A stretch of DNA of 47,715 nucleotides from Verrucomicrobiales bacterium. GTDB lineage: Bacteria > Verrucomicrobiota > Verrucomicrobiia > Verrucomicrobiales > V1-33. Below are positions 8,982 to 17,943 of the stretch, in pieces (positions within the stretch are counted from its first letter, which is position 1; every line of letters starts with the position of its first letter). A program made the translations under genes and the position numbers. The stretch is taken from the NCBI GenBank assembly GCA_031411295.1, contig JANOAV010000074.1, positions 1 to 47,715 on the forward strand. Direction: 5' to 3'. The notes below the pieces were generated by a model. The model had not been told where the DNA came from and did no database searches. It saw only the letters and a program-made list of their open reading frames with translations.

Positions 8982-9156
8982 ACCATGTTGCGTTTGACAC
9001 ACGTTTAATAAAACCAAAAGCGCATCGTCGTCAATTCACTATTTGCCACTCGCAGTCTAGGAAGCCTAGGCAGGGGACTGATTTATTCATGGCTACGGAA
9101 CGCACACCGCAATTGGGGCATTCACTCGCGGCGGCCCTCGTTTGGAGCAACCGGCA

Positions 9157-10659
9157 TTACGCTTGTTTGTAGAAGCCAGGAGTCCAGGCCCACCTGGGGC
9201 TGCGCAACAGCTCCAGGCTTTGCGTCATGTCATAGGCACGCCGCGCATGGAGTAGATACTGTTCCTGAATGGCGGTTATGCGTTGTTCCTCGGACGGGGT
9301 TAGTGGCCGCAGTCTGCGATGGGGCACTCTCTGCCCCAGCAACAAGGCATAGAATCCTTCAAGATGGAATATGCTATTCTCGGGCGTTAGCAGATCCCCG
9401 GCAAAGGCCGTGCTGGGGCCATTCTCTTGATAGAATTCCACCAAGCGCTCCGCTCCATGCAGAGCCGTCTGCGTCTGGCAGTGCCTCCAGAACGGCGTAT
9501 CGATCCGGGTATTGTAACGATAGTGCACCGCCAGGAAATCCCGAATTTCATCCCACATGCGATTCACGATACTGTTGTAAACGCCCTTCAGACTTGGCTG
9601 AGGGTCACAGGCACAGTCTTGCAGCGCTACTGCCAGAGCGCGGGAAGCGTTGCAAACTACAAACAGGGCAGTGGCTTCCAGCGGTTCCACAAAACCATTA
9701 CTGTTTCCTAACGCGACAACATTTCCCACCCAACTGCGTTGATAGCGGCCGCTGGTGAATTTCACGATTCGCGTGTGCTGAACCTTGGGATTCTTACGAC
9801 GGAATTCCGCCTCGGCATCCGCGTCGGAGATGAACGATGAGGCATAAACATACCCCCGATTCACATGCTGCTCATGCTCGATCTGCCAGGCCCAGCCAGC
9901 ATCCATCGTTTCCGCCGTGGTATAGGGCAGGATGGGCTCGTTGGCGCGCTCCCATCCGCCCGCTACCGCCCGATCACAAAACAGCGAGTCAGCATAGGAC
10001 ACGAATGGTTCCTGCAGGGCCTTCCCCAGAAGTTCAGAGCGAAAACCTGAGGCATCAATAAAAAGATCTGCAGTCACTCGCTCGCCTGATTCTAACACCA
10101 ATGCCGCAACGCCCTCCGGGCCGGGATCGACATGATCCACCTTACCTTCGGTTAGGGAAATCCCTCGCACTTTGGCATAATGCTCCAGCGTGCTGGCGAA
10201 ATCCGCATTTTCCATGTGGTAGGCCACGTTCCGTTGCACCAGCGGAGCTCCATTATCTAGGCGAGCAAAGACCTTACCCTCATGCATCAGGGCACAGGTC
10301 AGATCCAAGGCGTCCATATGATCCCAGGCGTAATATCCCAAGTTCTGCTTCAACCCGGGCGGATGCGCGACATACGTTTTGGTAAATGAATAATCAAACG
10401 ATGGCCGGGGCCCCCAGAGGAAATGCACGCCAAGTTTGTAAGTTGGCTTGGCGCGACGCTGGAAGGCCGCAGGCGGGATATCCAGAAAGCCATGCAGATG
10501 ATTCGGCAAATCAGCGGTGCTTCCCTCCCCCACCCCAATAATGCCAATTTCCTTACTGTAGATAACGCGAAGCTTGAGCTTGGGCAAGGCCGCCTGTAAT
10601 GACAATGCCGCCAACAAGCCGGCACTGCCACCGCCCAGCACAACTACGTTTTGGATCAT
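9157..10659 (-). CDS. Flavin-dependent halogenase, tryptophan halogenase (PrnA/RebH) family
   Basis: GGGSAG FAD motif, IGVGE, catalytic Lys in TYKLGV, FIDASG, WAWQI (WxWxI motif), GFVEPLEAT. Confidence 0.88.
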   Translation of the reverse strand: MIQNVVVLGGGSAGLLAALSLQAALPKLKLRVIYSKEIGIIGVGEGSTADLPNHLHGFLDIPPAAFQRRAKPTYKLGVHFLWGPRPSFDYSFTKTYVAHPPGLKQNLGYYAWDHMDALDLTCALMHEGKVFARLDNGAPLVQRNVAYHMENADFASTLEHYAKVRGISLTEGKVDHVDPGPEGVAALVLESGERVTADLFIDASGFRSELLGKALQEPFVSYADSLFCDRAVAGGWERANEPILPYTTAETMDAGWAWQIEHEQHVNRGYVYASSFISDADAEAEFRRKNPKVQHTRIVKFTSGRYQRSWVGNVVALGNSNGFVEPLEATALFVVCNASRALAVALQDCACDPQPSLKGVYNSIVNRMWDEIRDFLAVHYRYNTRIDTPFWRHCQTQTALHGAERLVEFYQENGPSTAFAGDLLTPENSIFHLEGFYALLLGQRVPHRRLRPLTPSEEQRITAIQEQYLLHARRAYDMTQSLELLRSPRWAWTPGFYKQA

Positions 10660-10679
10660 GGCTCAAGGAGTCTCGCGAC

Positions 10680-13520
10680 CTATTTTTCGGCTTTGGGGGC
10701 GGCTGGCACGATGCGCACGACGGAGGCCTTTTCGGCCACTAAATATTTCGCTGCCAACGCATTCACTTCTTCTAGGGTGATCGCCTTATAATCATCGGTG
10801 ATGGTGCGCGCCCAATCGAGTCGCGCAGGACTGGTTTGCGCCTCGCTGACGATGGTCTTCAACCACCAGACGTTGTTGCGCTTTTGCGTTTCCATCATGG
10901 TTAGCAGCGGTTTGCGAGCGCGCTCCAATTGATCGGCCGTCGCTCCGCTGGCGGCTAGCTTTGCACCAATCGTCTTCACGATGGCCCCGATCTTTTCTGC
11001 AGTCTTGCCTTCACAAACCAAGTAGGCTGCGATCTGGCCATCTCCCATAAAGGTATCGCTCATCAAACTGTGCACGTCTGGACTGTAGCTTTCGCCCAGT
11101 TCCTCGCGCACTTTTTCGAGCACCATATCATCGAGGATGGCGGAGACAATATTGAGGCGGCGGGACTCTTTGATGTCCTTCCGACGATCGGTCGTGGGCC
11201 AGTAAACGGCCACCACGCCTTTGGGAATTTTCGATTCGAATGAGATTGTCTTCTCCATGACTTCAGCTCGTTGCACCGCACGCTCGGCGGCGTAATCCGG
11301 CCGAGTGGCCGCCCGCGTTGGCAGCGCACCGAAAGTGCTGGCGGCGTGCTTGATGGCGGTCTCAACATCGAAGTCGCCCACCATGGAGACTTCCAGGTAG
11401 CTTGTGGCTAGCATTTCCTTCAACCAGGCCTTGAGTTCATCGATGGTGCGGGCCGAGATCTCTTTCTTGGATGGGAAAGTGAATCGCGGATCTTCCATGT
11501 GCAGCAGGCCATCCACCTTCGTCTTTAGAATACCTTCGGGCGTGTGTTCCACTTGGGTATAGATCATGTCCAACCCAAGCATGAGTTGGCGCAGGCCTTC
11601 CTCGCGATATCCCGGAGCTATCATTTGCGCGCAAAGCAACTGACACTGCAACAGCAGATCCTTTTGGTTGGTCTGACCACTCAGTGACAGGAACTCGTCC
11701 CCGATGCCAAAGCTGGCACCCACGGTGCGTCCCGCCAAGATACGCTCAAGGTCGTCCGAGCTATGTTGCTCCAAGGCACCGGCATCGAAGACCGAATCGG
11801 CAAACAAAGCCATGCCCGGCTTGTCTTTGGGCATGGCTAATTTTCCGGCTCCAAAATTCGCATTAATCGCCACGGTGTCCTTCTTGAAATCCGTTGGCTT
11901 CAGATTCAACCTAACGTTGTTAGCGAAGGTCACCAGCGTGATCCCCAGATCCTTGTGTTCCTCACGTTTGGCCACCGTTCCGGCAGGCCCGAAGTCGGTG
12001 TAGGCAAACGCACCCTGCACTTCTTCCTTGGGCGCAGTCACCTCCGCGGTGCGGCTCTTGAGGAAGGCCGCTTTGATTTTCGCATCTCCATCTTCGAGGA
12101 CTAAATTTCCACCGGCAAAGACCCGCACGTCCTCCGTGGCCCAGGCGCTCTTGATCAAATCATGGCATTTGGCAGCGGTGGCCTTCGTTAGCGATTCCTT
12201 GACCCGAGCCAGGTCAGATGCGGGATGCGTGAAGACCACGCCTTCGGCCAGACTCTTCTGCAATTCATTGGCCAGGGCTTTCGACTGCCGCGTGGGAGCC
12301 TGCTTGGCTGCGTTCTCCATGGATTCAACGAGGTTGGCCTTGGCTTGCGTGAACTCCGCTTCGCTGAAGCCGAATTGAATCGCCCTGCGCAACTCCTGTT
12401 CCCCAGTGTTCAGCGCGGCTTCCCATTGCTCCGGCTTGCACTGGAGCTGAATGCTATCGCTTTCCACGAAATCCAAGAAGTCTTCATGGCCGTATTCCGC
12501 TCCCAGAAATGGGGCATTGGGTTGCCGGGAAATCTTCTCGAAACGACGATTGATCATGTTCTCTGCGAGTCCGCGCAGGAGATTTTCAAACCGCGTCTGA
12601 TTGCTATCCGCTAACCGGCGGGACGGACGCGCGGTTTCGATGCTGATGGTCGTTTCCCCTGCTTCCTTCTCCGTATGCAGCTTGGTCTGCAAGCCCTTGC
12701 CCTGCGTGATCTTGCCCAGGCTGGGGTCAGCCAATGTCTGCGGGGCGGGTTTGAGATCTTTGAACGCGGCTTTGATTTTGGTTTCCAGTTCCGCAGGCTT
12801 GATATCTCCCACTGCAATCACGGTAAGCCGATCCGGCGTATACCATTTGCTATAGAAACTGGTGAAGCGCTCGCGAGGGGCGGTCTTGATAACATCTTCG
12901 GTGCCGATGGGAAGTCGCTGCGGAATCAACGACTCCGGCAGGGAGAACTTGAAACCTTCGATCATCGTGCGGTATTGCACAGTGTCCCGGGCCAATTTCT
13001 CGCTGAGGATCACGCCGCGTTCCTTTTCAATTTCTTCCGCTCCCAGCAACATCCCCGAAGCATAATCATGCAGCAACTTGATCGATTCGTCGATCATGGC
13101 CGGTGAGCCTTCGGGAAGGTCCGCGTCATAGACCGTCTCCTTGAAAGAAGTATGCGCATTGGTATCGCCTCCAAAACTCATTCCCAAGCGCTCGAAGTAA
13201 CTCTTCATTTCGTCGGCCTTGTAATTCTTGGTGCCGTTGAATGCCATGTGCTCCAAAAAGTGCGCCAATCCCTGCTGGGAATCTTCCTCCATCAGGCTGC
13301 CGGCATTGACGTAGAGCCTCACGGAGACTTTCTTTGGCGGCTCTGCATTTGGCAGCAACACATAACCCACCCCATTCGGCAGGCGACCATACACCGCCGC
13401 CGGATCGGGCTTGAGGTCGCTGCCCTCATGAGGCCAGGCTAATTTGGTGGGAGCAGCATGGCTAACCAGCGGCACGAAAAGCAGACTAAGCAGGGGCAAG
13501 ATAGGGCGGAATTGCATCAT
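10680..13520 (-). CDS. M16 family zinc metallopeptidase (PqqL-like), secreted
   Basis: Inverted zinc motif GLAHFLEHMAFNG, NAHTSF, ERGVILSE; two-lobed ~950 aa protein; signal peptide ending SHA. Confidence 0.92.
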   Translation of the reverse strand: MMQFRPILPLLSLLFVPLVSHAAPTKLAWPHEGSDLKPDPAAVYGRLPNGVGYVLLPNAEPPKKVSVRLYVNAGSLMEEDSQQGLAHFLEHMAFNGTKNYKADEMKSYFERLGMSFGGDTNAHTSFKETVYDADLPEGSPAMIDESIKLLHDYASGMLLGAEEIEKERGVILSEKLARDTVQYRTMIEGFKFSLPESLIPQRLPIGTEDVIKTAPRERFTSFYSKWYTPDRLTVIAVGDIKPAELETKIKAAFKDLKPAPQTLADPSLGKITQGKGLQTKLHTEKEAGETTISIETARPSRRLADSNQTRFENLLRGLAENMINRRFEKISRQPNAPFLGAEYGHEDFLDFVESDSIQLQCKPEQWEAALNTGEQELRRAIQFGFSEAEFTQAKANLVESMENAAKQAPTRQSKALANELQKSLAEGVVFTHPASDLARVKESLTKATAAKCHDLIKSAWATEDVRVFAGGNLVLEDGDAKIKAAFLKSRTAEVTAPKEEVQGAFAYTDFGPAGTVAKREEHKDLGITLVTFANNVRLNLKPTDFKKDTVAINANFGAGKLAMPKDKPGMALFADSVFDAGALEQHSSDDLERILAGRTVGASFGIGDEFLSLSGQTNQKDLLLQCQLLCAQMIAPGYREEGLRQLMLGLDMIYTQVEHTPEGILKTKVDGLLHMEDPRFTFPSKKEISARTIDELKAWLKEMLATSYLEVSMVGDFDVETAIKHAASTFGALPTRAATRPDYAAERAVQRAEVMEKTISFESKIPKGVVAVYWPTTDRRKDIKESRRLNIVSAILDDMVLEKVREELGESYSPDVHSLMSDTFMGDGQIAAYLVCEGKTAEKIGAIVKTIGAKLAASGATADQLERARKPLLTMMETQKRNNVWWLKTIVSEAQTSPARLDWARTITDDYKAITLEEVNALAAKYLVAEKASVVRIVPAAPKAEK

Positions 13521-13527
13521 GGGAACG

Positions 13528-13556
13528 AGTGTGGAAGGTCGCAGACGGGGTGTCAA
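13528..13556 (-). promoter_or_regulatory. Putative sigma70 promoter, leaderless geometry, for the M16-halogenase pair
   Basis: TTGACA-N17-CACACT-N7-ATG(13520). Confidence 0.5.
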
Positions 13557-13687
13557 CTGCTGTAAAGCGGGGGAACCGGGTCCATTTGTCTGGAGAATGA
13601 GGTTGAGGGGTTGTTTAGTCCGACGCCCCCAGCACAACGCTACGGCCTAAAGGCCGAACTCCAACAACTGATCCCGCGGCAGCACCC

Positions 13688-14650
13688 TCAGGGATTCGAC
13701 GTCAACCTCAGGCTGGGCGTGATTTTCAGGGTCTTGATTTGCTGGCCTCGGAGCACGCGGAGTTCGGTGGGTTTATCTACCGGCAGCAGTTCCGTGGTGT
13801 CGATCAACTCTTGCAGTGAGGTCACGGGGTTGGAGCCTACCGAGAGCACGACATCGTTTGGCTCAACGCCGGCAACTTGGGCGGGACTTCCTTCCCGGCA
13901 GCCTTGGATGCGCGGTGTATTAAGCGATTCCGTGACGACGATTCCCAGCCAGTAGTCGAGGGGTTTTCCGTGCATTCTTACATCGGCTAGGAAACGCTGG
14001 ATTCGTTCGGCAGGGAGGGCGAAAAATGAATCTGGAGCGATTCCGGTGGGGGTGGTCAGGATTCCGATGAGATGCCTTTCCCGATCGAAAAGCGGGCTGC
14101 CGGCACTGCCGTTAGGGGCCTTCAGATTGAGCCGTAGATGGCTGGCGGCCAATGGCTGAAGCGGTTCCCTGCCAGCGAAGCGGCCCGGAACTGCAGCGGA
14201 CCCATGCGCGGCCGAAGCATCGACCATGAATACTTCCGCCCCAGCTTGGCCGGAGGTCAGGGACTTATGCGGCACTTCCAGAGCAGGCCGTTGCACCCCG
14301 GATACTTGGAGCAAGGCCAAGCCGTAACGGGGGTCGAAGGCTGTCAGGGTGGCTGGCTTCAAGGTGCGGCCCAGCGCAATCTGGAAGGTGTCCTCCGGCA
14401 GACAGGTCGGGAGAAATGTCACCAGCCAAAGCTGATCGGCTTTGGGCGAGGCAACGATCACTCCCGTCACCATCGTGCGACGTTCCTGCGGAGCGCGACT
14501 CCACTGTTCAATGGCCAGCACGCTCTGCTGAACTTCCGCCGCCAAGGCGACCGGCAAGATTGACTCGGCAGATTCCTGCGACCTCAGCTCTGGGCCGAGG
14601 AGGATCAGGCCAATGACCAGCAACCAACCAAGCGGACGCATGGAATCCAT
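13688..14650 (-). CDS. HtrA/DegS-like trypsin-fold plus PDZ protein, apparently catalytically inactive
   Basis: TGVIV, FDPRYGLALL, NGSAGSPLFD...LIGI, then a PDZ domain (WLGI...GSPAQVAGV..NDVV); N-terminal signal/TM segment. Confidence 0.78.
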   Translation of the reverse strand: MDSMRPLGWLLVIGLILLGPELRSQESAESILPVALAAEVQQSVLAIEQWSRAPQERRTMVTGVIVASPKADQLWLVTFLPTCLPEDTFQIALGRTLKPATLTAFDPRYGLALLQVSGVQRPALEVPHKSLTSGQAGAEVFMVDASAAHGSAAVPGRFAGREPLQPLAASHLRLNLKAPNGSAGSPLFDRERHLIGILTTPTGIAPDSFFALPAERIQRFLADVRMHGKPLDYWLGIVVTESLNTPRIQGCREGSPAQVAGVEPNDVVLSVGSNPVTSLQELIDTTELLPVDKPTELRVLRGQQIKTLKITPSLRLTSNP

Positions 14651-14656
14651 TGAGCG

Positions 14657-15133
14657 TTAGAGATCGCGTGTCTTTGGTTCCGGCTCTGGCTCTGGAGCGG
14701 CTTCCGCCGGGGGCAAACTAGATTTCTGCTTACTGCCGGATGGCTCCAAGGCTTCAATGGGAGTGTTCGAGACTGGCAGCACGGTGCGGGGCAAGGGCGG
14801 TGCTGGGGCCGGCCGCGGATTAGGAACGATCTTGGGGACTGCTTGCACCACGAACGCTGAACTAGTGGAACTGGGGCCGGGCTTGGGCCAGAGGCAAATG
14901 AGCAGAATCACACAAGCATAAGCGCCCGCTGCTCCCCAGATGACCGCAGGTCGGCGCAAGCCATCTGCCCAAGTCGTCAGGCGTTCCCAGAAGAGGCTGA
15001 AGACGCCCTGCTTCATGATGGACTCACGCTGGCGCTGATGGAATTCCTCCAGGAAATTCTCGAAGTAATCAGCGGGCGGCTTTTCATGCGCTTTGAGGCG
15101 GAGTAAACCTTGCAATTTTTGTTCAGGAGTCAT
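14657..15133 (-). CDS. Putative anti-sigma factor (single TM, Pro-rich tail)
   Basis: Directly downstream of the ECF sigma; LLRLK..EKPP.DYFENFL.EFHQRQR N-terminus followed by one TM helix. Confidence 0.65.
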   Translation of the reverse strand: MTPEQKLQGLLRLKAHEKPPADYFENFLEEFHQRQRESIMKQGVFSLFWERLTTWADGLRRPAVIWGAAGAYACVILLICLWPKPGPSSTSSAFVVQAVPKIVPNPRPAPAPPLPRTVLPVSNTPIEALEPSGSKQKSSLPPAEAAPEPEPEPKTRDL

Positions 15134-15167
15134 GGCAACGGGGTTGGGAAAATTTCGGGAGAAGGAC

Positions 15168-15863
15168 TTACTTGAGATAGTCGGCTAGGAGGGACTGCAG
15201 CTGGCGGTGGGCATAAAAAAGACGGGATCGAATGGTGCCCTCGGAGACGTTGCATACCTTGGCGATTTCTGCGTGCGGCAGGCCTTGGATGTCGAACATC
15301 GTCACGACGGCGCGATGATCTTCAGACAATTTCATCATCGCTTCGTTCAATTTTTGCTGAAGTTCGTTCAAGCCAGCCTCGCGCACGGGATCGCTTCCGG
15401 AGGTGGCCTCCAGGAACGCTTCGTCCCGTTCAATGCCGCTATCAATATCATCCAGACTGTAGGTCTGACGACGATTCCGTTTCTTCAGGAAATTGATGGT
15501 TAGGTTCGTGGCAATGCTGTAGATCCAAGTGTAGAAGGCAGACTGGCCACGGAAGCGTTTCAGCGAGCGATACGCCCGGGCGAACACGTCCTGCATCAAG
15601 TCGCTGCTGTCCTCCCGATTCGAGGTCATGTGATAGATCAGCCCGTAAATCTTCGGACTGTATTTGATGACGAGGACATCGAAGGCGGAAGTATCGCCAT
15701 TTTGCGCACGTTCCACCAACAGTTGATCCTCCTCGCGCGGAGTAGGCATCGTTTCTCGCACGGCACTCCGACTGGAAGTGGAGAGGGAGACATCAGAGAA
15801 GGTAGCAGCTGCAGAAGGCATGGCTGGTGGAGGCTGGTCGGGGTTGGAAGTTGGGGCTGACAA
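15168..15863 (-). CDS. ECF sigma factor, RpoE/SigW-like
   Basis: LVERAQNGDTSAFDVLV.KY, F..FRGQSAFYTWIYSIA, EIA...VSEGTIRSRLFYA; start codon uncertain. Confidence 0.92.
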   Translation of the reverse strand: MSAPTSNPDQPPPAMPSAAATFSDVSLSTSSRSAVRETMPTPREEDQLLVERAQNGDTSAFDVLVIKYSPKIYGLIYHMTSNREDSSDLMQDVFARAYRSLKRFRGQSAFYTWIYSIATNLTINFLKKRNRRQTYSLDDIDSGIERDEAFLEATSGSDPVREAGLNELQQKLNEAMMKLSEDHRAVVTMFDIQGLPHAEIAKVCNVSEGTIRSRLFYAHRQLQSLLADYLK

Positions 15864-15879
15864 GCAGGTGAATATGTAG

Positions 15880-16245
15880 CTAGTTGGAGGAAGCGGTCTT
15901 GGTCAGGGAAACGCGGACGTGGTCGGTGTCAGGCAAGATGAATTTCTCCACTTCCACACACACTTGGCGGAGGGGAAATGATCGCAATAGAGCATCTGCC
16001 GTTTCCTCGGCCAAGGTCTCGATCAACTGCCGGGGGCGGGCCGCCGCCAGTTCCCGGACTTGATTCGCCACCGCAGCATAATCAATGGTGCGGCTGAAGT
16101 CGTCCCCCAGCCCGGTTAGCGGAGCCTGCGGCCAGAGTGTAAGATTAAGTTTAAGCCGTTGCGGCACGCGCCTTTCCTCCGCTGGGACTCCTATGTGAGT
16201 CACTACGGAAAGGCCGTGCAGGTGCAGATGATCTGAATTGGTCAT
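15880..16245 (-). CDS. folB: Dihydroneopterin aldolase
   Basis: HIGV..EER..PQ, TIDYAAV, LIETLAE, VEK motifs. Confidence 0.92.
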   Translation of the reverse strand: MTNSDHLHLHGLSVVTHIGVPAEERRVPQRLKLNLTLWPQAPLTGLGDDFSRTIDYAAVANQVRELAAARPRQLIETLAEETADALLRSFPLRQVCVEVEKFILPDTDHVRVSLTKTASSN

Positions 16246-16256
16246 GCTTATGGGAA

Positions 16257-16284
16257 ATAGACAGATGAAAGTGAAACTCGTTCA
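16257..16284 (-). promoter_or_regulatory. Candidate sigmaE-type promoter upstream of the folB-ECF operon
   Basis: Minus strand TGAACGA-N16-TCTAT resembles the sigmaE consensus GAACTT-N16-TCTRA. Confidence 0.45.
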
Positions 16285-16434
16285 AATCATTTCAGGTGAT
16301 CCCCCTTCCGTCCAGCAGGAAACGACATTTCGAGCGACGCAGCGTGACATTCCCAGGTCGCGCTCGTGCCCCCCCGGCTCGACTCATGGCGGGGGCTAGG
16401 TGGGTCGCTCTCAGCAATGGAATGCCAAGCTACG

Positions 16435-17829
16435 TTATGCTCCGACGATTTTCCTCAACGCAGGCATTTTGATGCCCAGCGTCTTGGCTGCCAACGCCGT
16501 GTCTCCGGCACTTTGCTCCAGCACGAACCGCGCCAGTTCATTCTGCACGAAAGTCAGTGGGGGAACGCCTTCATCGACGGCTTGGGACAGCAGGTATTGC
16601 AGCACCTGCGGCAATGAGAACTCCGAGGGCAATTCCATCCCTTCCTTGGCGGCATTGATCGCCTGCCCCAAGGGAATGTCCCGTGGCAGCAAGACATCCG
16701 CGTTGGCCAGAGCGCAGGCTCGCTGAATGGTGTTCTCCAATTCTCGGACGTTGCCAGGCCAGTTGTAGCTGTCCAGCAACTTATAAGCGTCCTCGGAAAT
16801 GCGGAGGCGATTATTGCCACGTTTTTTGGCCAATCGTTGCAGGAAAAAAGTGGCCAGCAGACGAATATCGTCCGGCCGTTCTCGCAGCGGTGGAATGTGA
16901 ATGCGGACGACATTTAGCCGATAGAACAAGTCCTCGCGAAATTTCCCCTCCTCCACTTCCTTCTCCAAATTCCGATTCGTGGCGGCAATGATGCGCACGT
17001 CCGCTTTCATAGTTTGATTGCCCCCCACGCGGCAATACTCCCCTTCTTGCAGGACGCGGAGAATCTTGCTCTGCAACTGCATCGGCATGTCCCCAATTTC
17101 ATCCAGGAAGAGCGATCCGCCATCACACTGCTCGAAGCGGCCCACGCGCTGGGTTTGCGCCCCGGTGAAAGATCCTTTTTCGTGACCAAAAAGTTCACTC
17201 TCCAACAGGTTTTCGGGAATGGCCGCACAGTTGATGGCCAGAAATTCCTTCTTGGCGCGAGGGGAGAAGCGATGAATCGCCTTGGCGACGATTTCCTTGC
17301 CGCAGCCGCTCTCGCCTGTGATCGTGACCACCGCGTCGCCCCGGGAAACGCGACCGATCAACTTGAAAACTTCCTGCATGGCGGAGGATCGGCCAATCAT
17401 GACTTGATCCCCCAGATCAATGGCACCTTCTGCTCCCGCAGGGAGATCTTGTTGGGCCTTCACTTCGTCCCCCGCCTTGAGGGCATTTTCCACCACGTTG
17501 CGCAAATCGTAAGGGAGCGCTTCCTTGCGCAGGAAATCATAGGCCCCCAGCTTCATGGCCTCAATCACCGCATTTGTCGGTGGGAAGCCAGCGGTGAGCA
17601 CCACCATGGCGTTGGGATTCTCCATACGCAGGCGCTTGAGCACTTCCATGCCGCCGATGGGCTGGGCATGGAGATCACAGATCACCAGGTCCGGCCTCAA
17701 TTCCGTCGCCAACTTCATCCCTTCATCCGCCCGAGTGCACGTGACTGCCTTAACCGTAGTGTTGGTTAAATAACGCTCGGCCCATTCCAAGAAATCGGAT
17801 TCGGGGTCGATCAGAAGGACAGTTTGCAT
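16435..17829 (-). CDS. Sigma54-dependent response regulator (NtrC/AtoC family)
   Basis: Receiver domain (VICD..., AMKLGAYDFLRK), GESGCGKE, ESELFGHEKGSFTGA, FLDEIG, WPGNVREL. Confidence 0.93.
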   Translation of the reverse strand: MQTVLLIDPESDFLEWAERYLTNTTVKAVTCTRADEGMKLATELRPDLVICDLHAQPIGGMEVLKRLRMENPNAMVVLTAGFPPTNAVIEAMKLGAYDFLRKEALPYDLRNVVENALKAGDEVKAQQDLPAGAEGAIDLGDQVMIGRSSAMQEVFKLIGRVSRGDAVVTITGESGCGKEIVAKAIHRFSPRAKKEFLAINCAAIPENLLESELFGHEKGSFTGAQTQRVGRFEQCDGGSLFLDEIGDMPMQLQSKILRVLQEGEYCRVGGNQTMKADVRIIAATNRNLEKEVEEGKFREDLFYRLNVVRIHIPPLRERPDDIRLLATFFLQRLAKKRGNNRLRISEDAYKLLDSYNWPGNVRELENTIQRACALANADVLLPRDIPLGQAINAAKEGMELPSEFSLPQVLQYLLSQAVDEGVPPLTFVQNELARFVLEQSAGDTALAAKTLGIKMPALRKIVGA

Positions 17830-17943
17830 CAATAAGGGGTTTGATTTTGGGGAGAAAACAAATTGGGAGGGGGGATTTCCATACCAGTGGTTGGATTGTT
17901 CGCAACGCGATTTTGCAACTTTACCGCCGCGTAAGGCCCGTGC

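Noticed and set aside
16290..16430. Possible folate/ZTP riboswitch upstream of folB
   Set aside because: GC hairpins are present, but I could not find THF or ZTP consensus elements, and the candidate promoter lies downstream of them. An Rfam scan would settle it.
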